A stretch of 63,724 bases of DNA, the filler included, from Chiloscyllium plagiosum (lineage: Eukaryota): assembly GCF_004010195.1 (NCBI RefSeq). It is 4 parts of one record of this genome, joined end to end, with 100 filler letters (N's around TTAATTAATTAA, not from the genome) between each part and the next. Parts side by side here need not be neighbours in the genome. Positions count along the whole stretch, not along the records: positions 29,342 to 51,065 come from NC_057717.1; 3 more parts are not named here. One strand, written 5' to 3'. The first letter of the stretch is position 1. Every line of letters begins with the position of its first letter. The position numbers and the translations under genes were made by a program. This document shows, in pieces, positions 36,966-48,059 of this stretch. The notes under the pieces were generated by a model. That model was not told the DNA's origin. It made no database searches and was given only the letters and a program-made list of their open reading frames with translations.

Positions 36966-38189
36966 CCAGTCCCACTCCAACACCACTATTTCTAGATGAT
37001 TATACCCTCGTCTCAGCTCATATACCCTCATCCACCTTGTGTTATCTCAAGAATTCATTATCCAAACACACTCCTGGCCAGCTTCCCACATTGAACCTCC
37101 CTGTAATCTCAAGAAAAACTAAATCTCTGCTGCCCAAGGACTCCCTCGCACCAAAACTTATTGATCCATCAAAAGGCTCCTATTCATAATCAACAACATA
37201 GAGCCACAGAGATATACAGCATGGAAACAGACACTTCAATCCAACCCGTCCATGCCAACCAGATTTCCCAACCCAATCTAGTCTCACCTGCCAGCATCCT
37301 GCCCACATCCCTCAATTTCAAATTCTCACCCTGGATTTAATTCCTGGTTGTGATCATCCCTAGCTCGCTGCATCTCACACCCTTTGAGACCTCGACAACC
37401 CATTCTGTTCGAGACTTCCAATGATCTGTTAATTCATAACTTCACCTGTGTGTCTGTTTTTACAGTTGCCAAAGCAACAAGATCTGAAATTCGCAGCCGA
37501 AAACTCACAGGTCTGCTTTCCTCCTTTAAGACATTCCTCGAAACCTGCTTATTTGTCAATGTGTTTGGTCACCTGACTTAATATCATCCTTCTCTGGCCT
37601 TCTGTCTCAAGTTCCCAATAATTTTTTTTTGAAATTATACGCAGGATAATAAAACTACAAACTGTTCTTGATTTGGACATTATCTTCAAATCATCACTGT
37701 TGCTGTAATGAATACTCTATAATGTCTCTTACCCAACCACATTGTGAGAGCACCTTCACCACACAAACTGCAGCTGTACAAGAAAGTCAAACATCACCCT
37801 CTCCACAGGCAACAGGGCTTTGGCATTAATCACTGGTATCTGTGGAAGAAGAAACACAGTTGATATTTCAGGGAGTGCAAAACAGATTACAGGGAATGAA
37901 AATGGTGCAGAATTTGATAGTTAGAAATGGAAGGAAAATACAGTCGCTTATTGGAAAAAAGAATTCTTGACTGTCAATGATTTTCTAGAAATAATTAATA
38001 AGCAGCACATGGTCAGGGGCTGGGCGGCAGTGAAAAATTAACTTACTAAAATGTCTGTAAAAGTAATAGGAAAATACTAAACAGACCAAAATTACACCCA
38101 TTGTTTGAGAATGAAGATGCTGGATATTAACAAGTGGTCATGTGGGAGCCCAGAGGTGAAGCAGAGCAGTATGAGCTGTTATGATCCCA

Positions 38190-39200
38190 CAGTTATAGAG
38201 ATGTAAAAGCAACCCTTCCGTCTAACTCATCCATGCCAACCAGATCCTAACCTAATCTAGTCCATTTGCCAGCACGTTGCCCATATCCCTGTAAACGCTT
38301 CCTAATCATATCATCATGTGTCCATTTAGATGCCTTTAACACGTTTTAATTGTACTAGCCTCCACGACTTCCTCGGGCAGCTCATTCCACCCACATCATG
38401 AAAGAGTTGCCCTTTGGACCCCTTTGAAATTTTTCCCTGTTCACCCTAAAGCAATGCCCTCTACTTATGGACACCACTACTTCAGGGAAAACACCTTGTT
38501 GATTTCGAAGCTCCTTGGATGCTGCCTGAACTGCTGTGCTCTTCCAGCACCACTAATCCAGAATCTGGTTTCCAGCATCTGCAGTCATTGGTTTTACCTT
38601 GTTGATTTACTCTATTCATGACCCTCATGATTGTATAAACCTCCGTAACATCACCGCCCAGCCTATGGCATTCCAGGGAAAACAGTCCCAGCCTTTTATG
38701 CCACACCGTACAGCTCAAATCCTCCAACCCTAACAACATCCTTGTAAGTCTTTTTTGAAACCTTTCAAGTTTCACAGCACCTTTCTGATAAGAGGCAGGC
38801 CAGAATTGCACACAGTATTCCAAAAGTGGCCTAACGAATGTCCTGTACAGCAACATGACCTCCCACATCCTATACTCAATGCTCTAACCGATAAAGGAAA
38901 ATATACTGAACACCTTCTTCATCATCCTATTTGCCCGCAACTTGACTTGCAAGGACTATGAACCTGCAGTTCAAAGTCTCTTTGTTCTGCAATCGTCTCC
39001 CGAGCCTTGCCATTCAGTGTGCAAGTCCTGCCCTGATTTGCTTTTCCAAACAGCATCACCTCACATTTATCCAAATTATACCCCATCTGATCAATATCTT
39101 ATTGTAATCTGAGGTAACCTTCTTCGCTATTCAAAATACCTCCAATTTTGTATGACCTGCAAACTCATTTACGATACGAAATCATTTAAATTAATGACGA
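38190..39200 (-). mobile_element. CR1 LINE 3' portion containing a miniature PLE insert (38506-38595)
   Basis: ORF 38482..38868 LYRTFVRPLLEYCVQFWP; perfect 13-bp TSD accttgttgattt at 38493-38505 and 38596-38608. Confidence 0.92.
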
Positions 39201-39245
39201 AACAAATCCAGAAATAAACATCCATTTCTCTGAGTTTGAATGTGC

Positions 39246-39805
39246 TCTGTGGAAATCCTGCCCAATGACTCTGTACCAGAGAAAGACTGCACATGCGCCT
39301 GGCTGTATCTTGCCCCAAATAAAGATGGCGCCATTGCCCCGAATAAAGATGGCGGCGCTCACTCAGGCCTGCAGCCGCGCTGAGGCAATTCCCCGTTTCC
39401 TACAAACACGGGCTTGGACGTTCAAATTTGTGTTTTCCGATGTGCACAACATGTTTGTAAAACCTCTCCGCTCATAGTACCACAGTTTTTCTCCCGTTTC
39501 CCTCTGTTGTTTTCTTTCCTTACCGTATCCTTTCGCTCCATTACTTCCTGAGCATTCATTGTACCGACTCTCTGCCGCGCGCGACAGTCATCACGTGGTT
39601 TAGTCCAGTTCCGCTCCTCCTTCACTTTAATTGATTGGACGACCAATCGCCCAGCCAGGTCCTCCAGCTCTGCCCGCCATCCTTTCATTGGCCCGGTGCT
39701 GACATCAATCACCCGGGGTCCCTTTGTTGGCTAGAGCATGCGCAGTGCGTCCTGCTTTTGCTGACATGTTGAAATGTGATGGGAGAGTTGACTGAGGGTA
39801 AGAAT
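39246..39805. promoter_or_regulatory. Best-preserved, CpG-containing promoter cassette, possibly bidirectional
   Basis: Two aagatggcg YY1 motifs (39322, 39346), acttcctg ETS (39543), tcacgtgg (39591), gattggacgaccaatc paired CCAAT boxes (39633-39648), gcatgcgca NRF1-like (39736), plus-strand donor g|gtaaga (39798). Confidence 0.75.
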
Positions 39806-40009
39806 TCCCTTTGTGTGAGCTCTGCACTAGATTCCCTTTATTCATGGAGGGAATTGCCTTCCAACTCATGACTGCATAGCTGTGATTGATGAATCAGTGC
39901 CATCTGAATCAGTACATAAACACTCAATTTTTAGTCCTTCACAACGTCTGAGATCTTTCGCACAATGTATCACGCTCTTCTTTGGAGACAAAAGAGCATG
40001 AAATGGGGG

Positions 40010-40970
40010 AATCAAGGAAGCGGAACAGGAGTCGGGCATTCTTCGCCTTCAGCTTGTTCCCCCATTCTATCAGAACCCAGGCCTCAACACCTCTTTTATG
40101 CTTGATCTGCATAGCAACTGCTCAATATTTCAACTCTATCTGCCTTCTTTAAAAATAATTTGAAATAAAATCATGGATTCCCTACTGTATGGAAACAGGC
40201 CTTTCAGACCAACAAGTCACACTTACCCTCCAAAGAGTAACCCAACCAGACCCATTCCCCTACCACATTTAGCTTTCACAATTCTTTGGGCTAGAAAATT
40301 CTAGCCGTTCATTGAGAGAGAAAATTCTTTATATTTTTTAAATGAAAGTTCCCTTCTGCAATGTCCCCTAGTTTGAGACTTCACTGGTGCTAGAAGATCG
40401 AGTCAACATCTACCCTGTCAAGCTCCTCAGAATCTTGTTTCCATAAGATCACCCCTTATTTGTCGAGATTCTATTGAATAATGACCTAACCTGTTTAGCT
40501 ATTCTTGATAGGTCAACCCTTTCATCCTCGAAGCAGCTAAGTGAATCTTTTTTGAATGGTCTTCAATCCTGGTTTATCCTTTATTAAATATGGGAGCTAA
40601 CATTGTATACAGTACTCCTTGTGAGGTCTCAGCAACAGCCAGTTGGCTAACCAATTGTCAGTCCATGCAGGTACATTACCCAGATACCGTGAGCTCCTAT
40701 ATTGTGCAATTAACTTTTATGTAGCACCTTATCATTTGCATTTTCAAAATCCAAATACAGAACATCATTGGATTGCCCTTTATCAGCCCTGCTTGTTATC
40801 TCCTCAATGAACCGTCTCAAATTTCTCAAATATAGTTTCTCTTTCACAAAACCCAGTCTACTATGTTTAATGATAAGCTTTTCTAAATGTTCTGCTATTT
40901 CTTACTTTAATATTCGACTCTGCTGTATTTCCAAAACAGACATTAAACTAACTTGCCTGGAGTTTCCTGA
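40010..40970 (-). mobile_element. Old CR1 LINE with SINE tail insert (40175-40265)
   Basis: ggaacaggagtcgggcattcttcgccttc 3' end; ccataagatcacccctt, gtatacagtactcc. Confidence 0.7.
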
Positions 40971-41299
40971 TATGGTGTATTCACTGATCTGAACATGAAT
41001 GAGCAGTTTGCGAAAGTCACTGTATTGTATAATGGTTAGGAGTATACTCTGGTAATTCCATTATGGTTCACTTCAATTGTTTCAACTGAAAAACAACGAA
41101 ATTGTTCTTATTTTATAATATGTAAGAAATGGTGATACTTACTCTTCATTGTGAAAAAAATTACAATAAGTAAAAGTGGCCTGCCATATATTCCCCAAAT
41201 ACTGATCAAACAGGTCTATGTCCAAGGTGACATCACGACTCTCCCCAATAGGTTCTGATCCATTGACAGGACATAACTAGAGCGAGAAGGGCAGCTACT

Positions 41300-42615
41300 T
41301 GGAATATAGTCAATACGTCTCAGTATTGACGCTGGATCCTGTGGCTGCTCGACTGATCTGTGGCAAGTTTTAGGGAATTAATAAAGGAGAGACATAATTG
41401 ACCACATCGTCGCCAATCTGTCTGTTGTAGATACACCTCTCTATTTAATATATCAATAAGAGTGGAAATTGCAGTCCTTGTGGGGATGACGGGCCGTATT
41501 CACATTTTGTATACCTTCAACCATGTCATTTGTGCTCAATTAGACACTTTAAACAGATCGAACAACTCATGATGATGCATCCATGAGGTACAGTGTACAA
41601 TCAGCAGCAAAACTATCATATTCTGCACAACTCACGACGTCTCGAAACTGATGGTCCAACATAACTTCCACCCTACAGTAAACTTCAAGCCAGGGTTCCA
41701 CGCTGGGAAAGTGAAGCGTGCAGAAGGATATGTTGGGAGCAGCACCAGCCAGACCCAGATATGAGGGGACAACCTGGAGAAGCTCTTATTGTTTTCAGCT
41801 ACACAACAAGCCAACTTGCATACTAAACAGCAGAAGCAGCAAGTGATAGGCAGAGTTCAGTGATCCCATAATGATTGCTTCTGATCTTATCTCTGCCGTT
41901 CTGCGACATGTACTCATTAATGATAGTGGATAATGAAAGAGACCATTGGATGAGGAGGCTGCTCTCCAGCAATGAAATTCCCACTTGTGGGGGAATGCAA
42001 CACATCAGGGAAAAATTTCTGCTGCATTTGTAACAATCTTCAGATAGAAGGGCTGTGCAGATTATACATTTTGACCTCCTTTAGTGAACCCACCATTACA
42101 AACACCAAACTTCCGATAATTAGATTCAGTCCACACGATGTCAATACACAGGAAACTGACTTAACTCGGCAGATCGGGACATCTCCAGCCAAGATGCTCT
42201 GTTCAAGCAAGAACACTGACATCTACCAACAATGAGATGAATAACCCAAGTATGCCCTGTGAACACAAAGCTGGTCACTTCCATTGCAGCAAATCACTGA
42301 CCCATCGGTGCACGGTGCACCATATAAATGTGAAGGAAAGTGTCAGCAACAATGTGATCAATCAGCAATGTCCTGCTCAATGTCAGTCGGTTTGTGTGCT
42401 GTCAGGCTCATTCAACTCCTAATCCCATTGGAACCTTAGTTCAAAAGTGTGGAATTTCAAAGGGGTCGTGCGAGGAATTACTCTAAACATCAAGGCACCA
42501 TATAAAGAGGTGTGACAAAAGGACCCTAAGTAAAATTGCAGCTATTTGGAATCTGGGGAAATACTCTCCTGGTTGGAATTAACACTAGGGAAAAAGAAAA
42601 TGATTGGATTTGGGA
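41300..42615 (+). mobile_element. Old CR1/L2-group LINE ORF2 relic (same family as 36266-36965)
   Basis: taaacagcagaagcagcaagtgataggcagag, cactgacatctaccaacaatg, ggaatctggggaaatactctcctggttggaa. Confidence 0.65.
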
Positions 42616-42629
42616 CAGCGTAATGAACC

Positions 42630-44850
42630 TGGCCAGGTGCTAAATTTGAAGGTAAGAGACCACCTTGGTGATAGTGAACACAATTCGGTTATGTTAACTT
42701 TAGCGATGGAAACAGATGGGTATATAACTCATGGTAAGAGATTTATTGCTGAGGGAAAGAATATTGTAATGTGACTAGGCAAGATTTAGGGTGCTTACAA
42801 TGGGAAAGGAAACTGCAAGGAATGAGCACAATTGAAATGTGGTGTTTATGCAAGGAACAGCTATTGCGTGTCTTTGAAAAGCATGTACATGTCAGGCAGG
42901 GAGAAAGTGTTAGAACGAGGGAGACGTGATTAGCTAAGGAAGTTGAATCTCTTGACAAGAGGAAGAAGAAATTTTATGTTAGGATGAGACTGCAAGGCTC
43001 AGTTAGGGTGCGTGTGAGTAACACATCAGTCATGAAACACGTAAAGAGAGAGCTAAGAAGAGCCAGGAGGGGACATGAGATGTTGTTTGCAGAATGAAAA
43101 CTCTGAAGCACTCTATAAGTATATCAGGAATAAAATAATGCCGAGGGAAAGATTAGGGACAATCACGGAAAGTAGTGGGAAGTTATCCATGGAGTTTGGG
43201 GAGATAGAGGAAGCGGTAAATGATTATTTTTCGTCAGTATTAACACTGGAAAAAGACAATGTTGTCGAGGAGAATACTGAGATACAGGCTACGAGACTGG
43301 ATGGTTCTGACGTGTAGAAGGGGGAGGTGTTAGCAATTCTGGAAAGTATGAAAATAGATAAGTCCCCTCGGCCGGATATGATTTTTCCAATGATTCTCTG
43401 GGACGCTAGGGAGGAGATTTCAGAGCCTTTGGCTCAGGTCATTCTGTCATCATTGTCTACAGGAATAGTGCTTGAAGACTTCAGGATTGCAAATAGAGTC
43501 ATGTATGATGTCCCTTATTTCAGGAAGGGGAATGGAGACAACCCTCTTTATTATAAACCAGCGAGCCTTACTTCGGTTATGAGTAAACGGTCAGAAAAGA
43601 TCAAAAGACATAGACTTATAATAATCTAGAGAGGAATCCTTTGGTTAGGCATATTCGAGACAGTTTGGTGAAGTGTAAGTCAGGCCTCACCAACCTTATT
43701 GCGTTTTTTGCAAACGGTGACCAAACTGATAAATGGGGCGGGGGTGGGGGGGGGGGGGGGGGGCAATGCTGTATATACGGTGCACGTGGATTTCAGTAAT
43801 GCTTTTGATAACTCTTCCCCACAGTCGGCAATTGAACAAAATACTGAGGCATGAGATTGAAGGTGATGTAGCGGTTTGGATGAGAAATTGGCGAGCTGAA
43901 AGAAGACAGAAGGTGGCAGTTGATGGGAAATGTTCATCCTGGAATTCAGTTACTAGTGGTGTACTGCAAGACTGCATTTTAGAGCCACTGCTGTTTCTCA
44001 TTTTCACGACAGCGTAGAAGAATGAATTACTAAATTTGCCGATGACAACTAAGGTTGGTTGAGTTGTGAACAGTGATGAAGGATGTCATAGATGTCATAT
44101 GACAAAGGTCATAGATAAGCTACAGAGCTCATCTGAGAGGTGTCAAATAGAGTTTCATGTAGAAAAGTGTGGGGTGATTCACTTTGGAAGGAGTAACAGG
44201 ATTGCAGAGTACTAGGCTTATGATAAGATTCTTGGGAGAGAAGGTGAGCAGAGAGATCTCGGTATCCATGTGCAAAGATCCCTGTAACTTGTGACCCAGT
44301 AATTAGCGTTGTCAAGAAGTCATATGATGTTTTAGTGTTGACTGATAGTTTGGAGTTCAGGAACATGAGGTCATGCTGCAGCTGTACAAATCTCCGGTGC
44401 GGCCGAACTTGGAGTTTCCGTACATTTCTGGTCATCACATTATAAGAAGGATGTGGAAGCTTTAGAAAGGGTGCAAATGAGATTGACTAGAATGTTGCCT
44501 GGTGTGGATGAAAGGCCTTATGAGGAAAGGCTGAGAGACTTGAAGTTGTTTTCGTTGTAGAGCAGAATGTTGAGAGGTGACTTAATTGAAACATATAAGA
44601 TGTTCAGGGGATTAGTTGGGGTGGACAGTGAGAGCCTTTTTCCTCGGACACTTATGGCTAGCACGAGGGGACACAGCTTTGAATTGAGGGGTGACAGATT
44701 TTGGACAGATGTGAGAGCTAGTTTCTTTACTCAGACAGTAGTAGGGGCGTGGAACACACTGCCTGCAACAGTCGGTGTCTCGCCAACTTTAAGGGCACTT
44801 AGAAGGTCATCAGTTAAACGGACAGATGAAAATGGAGTGTAGGACAGATA
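42630..44850 (+). mobile_element. CR1 LINE ORF2 to 3' end
   Basis: ORFs 43075, 43327, 43733 and 44567 (KIDKSPRPD, WNSVTSGVLQ, LRGDLIETYKMFRG). Confidence 0.93.
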
Positions 44851-45925
44851 GGAGATTGATGGGGTGGAAGGTAAGGTCCGGGGAATTTTGTCGGTGTTGC
44901 ATTGGGAGGGGTGGGTTTCAACTTCTCTTCCAATGTGGTTGACAATGCCCTTCAGCACAAATCCTCGACTTCACACACCACCGCACGTGAACCACACCCT
45001 TCCCAACACAACAAGGACAGAACCTTCCTGGTCCTCACCTTCCACCCCACCAACCTCCACATGCAACGCATCACCCTTCACTAATTCAGCCACCTTCATA
45101 CGGACCCTACGACCAGAAATATATTACCCTCTCCAACCCTGTCTGCTTTCAGAAAATCCCCTTCTCCCTGCCACTCCCTAGTTAGGTCCACACCTCCCAC
45201 CAGCCCACACTCCACTCCTGACCTCTTAGCCAGCGCCCACACTACTCCGCTCACCTCCGTCCGAAACCCAAGGAATTCTCCACATCCACCTGAAATTCAG
45301 TTGCACATCTTCCAATATTACCGCTGCATCCGTTGCACACAGTGTGTTGTCTCTCTACATTGGGGAGACAGGGAGCCATCTCGTGGCTCGTTTCAGAGAA
45401 CACCTCTGGGACACCTACACCCACCAACTCCACCACCCCATGTTGAACACATCAAGTCCTCCGCCCACTCCCTCAAAGGCATGCAGGTCCTGGGCACCCT
45501 CCACTGCCATACCATACCACAAGACGCCTAGTGCAGGAACGCCTCATATTCAGCCTTGGGAGCTTGCAATCACACGAGATAAATGTGGATTTCCGCAGCT
45601 TCCTTATTTCCACTCCCCCCACATTATCCCAGTACCAAGCCTCCAACTCGGCTCCACCCTCCTCACCCGTCCATCACTGGCCCCTCTGATTATCAACTTC
45701 TCCCTCACCTTCATCCACCTCTAACTTTCCTAGGTACATCACCAAACCCCACCCCTTACCATTTACCTCTCTGCCCCGACCCACATGCCGCATTCCCGAG
45801 GAAGGGCTGATGCCCGAAATGTCGATTATCCAGCTCGTTGGATGTTGTCTGACCAACTGTGATTTTCCAGCACCACACTTATGACTCTGATCTCCAGCAT
45901 CCGGAAACCTCACTTTCTTCCATTC
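44850..45925 (+). mobile_element. Penelope-like element, 5'-truncated with short inverted 5' piece
   Basis: ORF 45344 LYIGETGSHLVARFREHLW (GIY-YIG); terminus with degenerate hammerhead at 45791-45828. Confidence 0.9.
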
Positions 45926-46059
45926 TAACTCTGCAGTCAGTCCTCAGGAAAGAGAATGTCCGTAGACTTACCATTCTCAGCTGCTGCAATGATCCTCCCT
46001 CTATCATAAGGCCAGAAGTGGGAATGTTGACTGAGCATACCATTCCTGAAGCAGTTCAT

Positions 46060-47143
46060 GTTCAAATGCAAGGAGACGACGAAAACATCCAGGCTTAGTC
46101 TGACAAATGGCAAGCAATGACCACGCTTCATAAATGTTAGACAAATATGATATTAAAGAATCAAGCTGTCCCTCTTCGATTTTCAATAGCATTATCATCA
46201 CTGATTCCCCCACACTGTTTCTGTCAGCATTCTGGTTGCTATCAATGAACAGAAACTGCTCGCATAAAAACCAGTACCTTCAAAACCCGGTCAGTTGCAA
46301 GGAATTCTGCAGTGAGCAACTGACCTGCTGACTCCTCAAATCTGTGACGGATCACATTCAGGGAATAACCCAGGAAATAACAAGCCAATTGAATTGCTAT
46401 CACTTCCATGAACATCTATCCCCTGCACCACTGATACTCAACAGTAGCAGTGTATTGAATCTACAAGATTGACTGCACCAAAGCTTATTGAAAGCCAGGT
46501 TCTAAACCCACTGCCATCTGGGAATACAAAGGCTGCAGGCACATTAGAAAAACAGCTGTCTGCAAGCTCGCTCCTTCATATACTCAAATGTAATGAGTTA
46601 TTCTCATGACCAATTTCTTTTTGTTCAGGTTCAAATGCAAGGAGACGACGAAAACATCCAGGCTTAGTCTGACAAATGGCAAGCAATGACCACGCTTCAT
46701 AAATGTTAGACAAATATGATATTAAAGAATCAAGCTGTCCCTCTTCGATTTTCAATAGCATTATCATCACTGATTCCCCCACACGGTTTCTGCCAGCATT
46801 CTGGTTGGTATCAATGAACAGAAATTGCCGTGGACTGCTCGCATAAAAACCAGTACCTTCAAAATCAGGTCAGTTGCAAGGAATTCTGCAGTGAGTAACT
46901 GACCTGCTGACTCCTCAAATCTGTGACGGATCACATTCAGGGAATAACCCAGGAAATAACAAGCCAATTGAATTGCTATCACTTCCATGAACATCTATCC
47001 CCTGCACCACTGATACTCAACAGTAGCAGTGTATTGAATCTACAAGATTGACTGCACCAAAGCTTATTGAAAGCCAGGTTCTAAACCCACTGCCATCTGG
47101 GAATACAAAGGCTGCAGGCACATTGGAAAAACAGCTGTCTGCA
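46060..47143. repeat. ~570-bp-period near-identical tandem duplication of an old LINE fragment
   Basis: gttcaaatgcaaggagacgacgaaaacatcc...aaaacagctgtctgca at 46060-46564 and 46629-47143. Confidence 0.95.
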
Positions 47144-48059
47144 TGTAAATTGACTAGTGTCGCAATAATACTGACCCCATCCTTCAGACACAATGTAACT
47201 TCACTGTGTTGGCCTGTTTATCTTTCCTGTATAGACAGCGAAAACCCCTTGAATGCCCAGTTGTGTTTTGATTATGATGCAGCCACATTTCCATTATGAC
47301 AAGTACATCTGACGTGTTTCCTACTATTTGTGCTGTTTTTTAATTTGCCCTGCGGAAAAGTTCGGAAGGAGTTAAGGGATGGCAGCAAGTGCCACAAAAC
47401 AGGATGGCCGTCGGATCCAGAGGAGATTACAGACATAAGGAAGCGTGTGAAAGCTGGGGATATTACAGGAATATGGATGGCTTCAGAGGTTTCAGAAAAA
47501 ATGAAATAAAGGGGGACCAGGGTGTGGATTTGGTGATGGGATGCACACACGGTCTGTCCATGTCCCCCAGATTGTGACAGGTGAACTGGCATATCCATTG
47601 CACAGATTATGATACGCTTCACTCTAGCTGAAGCACATTTTGTCCACACAATAATACTTTTCAATTGCAACATTTCAGGATGTGAAAACGTTTCTGATCT
47701 AAGGTTCTGCTGAGTCAGCTGCTAGTCAAGAATTGATACGTGGTATTTGTTGCTACAGGGAGTAATTTCTTTTGTAACAGTTTCAGGTTGGAGTCTCATG
47801 AAGACTTAGATACAGAAGGCATTTAAATTCAGAACACAACAAGCTCTAGTGTATTAGGCACTTATAGCTTCTCACATCCATTCTGAAAACAGTCCAACAA
47901 CAAGATCAGGAAGATACCTGTTCCCTCACTTGCCTGAACAGGGTCAGCTGCCCTCACTTATCCTGGAACTGAGCTCCCAAATTCAAGCAGACAGATCACT
48001 GACTTGCTGCCCAGCCTGTGCAGAATCAGCTTCCGGTATGTATTCCATTATGGAGTCCC

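Noticed and set aside
39265..39477. 70-aa ORF with repeated IKMA motif
   Set aside because: The repeat reflects two tandem YY1 motifs (aagatggcg); paralogous cassettes do not preserve the frame.
40970..42615. Apparently unique 1.6-kb sequence, considered as possible viral or novel gene insert
   Set aside because: Most of it shares recognisable text with the old LINE fragment at 36266-36965 and it has no long ORF.
43736..43763. G-run (also 29342-29354) as a functional G-quadruplex
   Set aside because: Simple homopolymer expansion inside a dead CR1 or at a contig edge; no supporting context.
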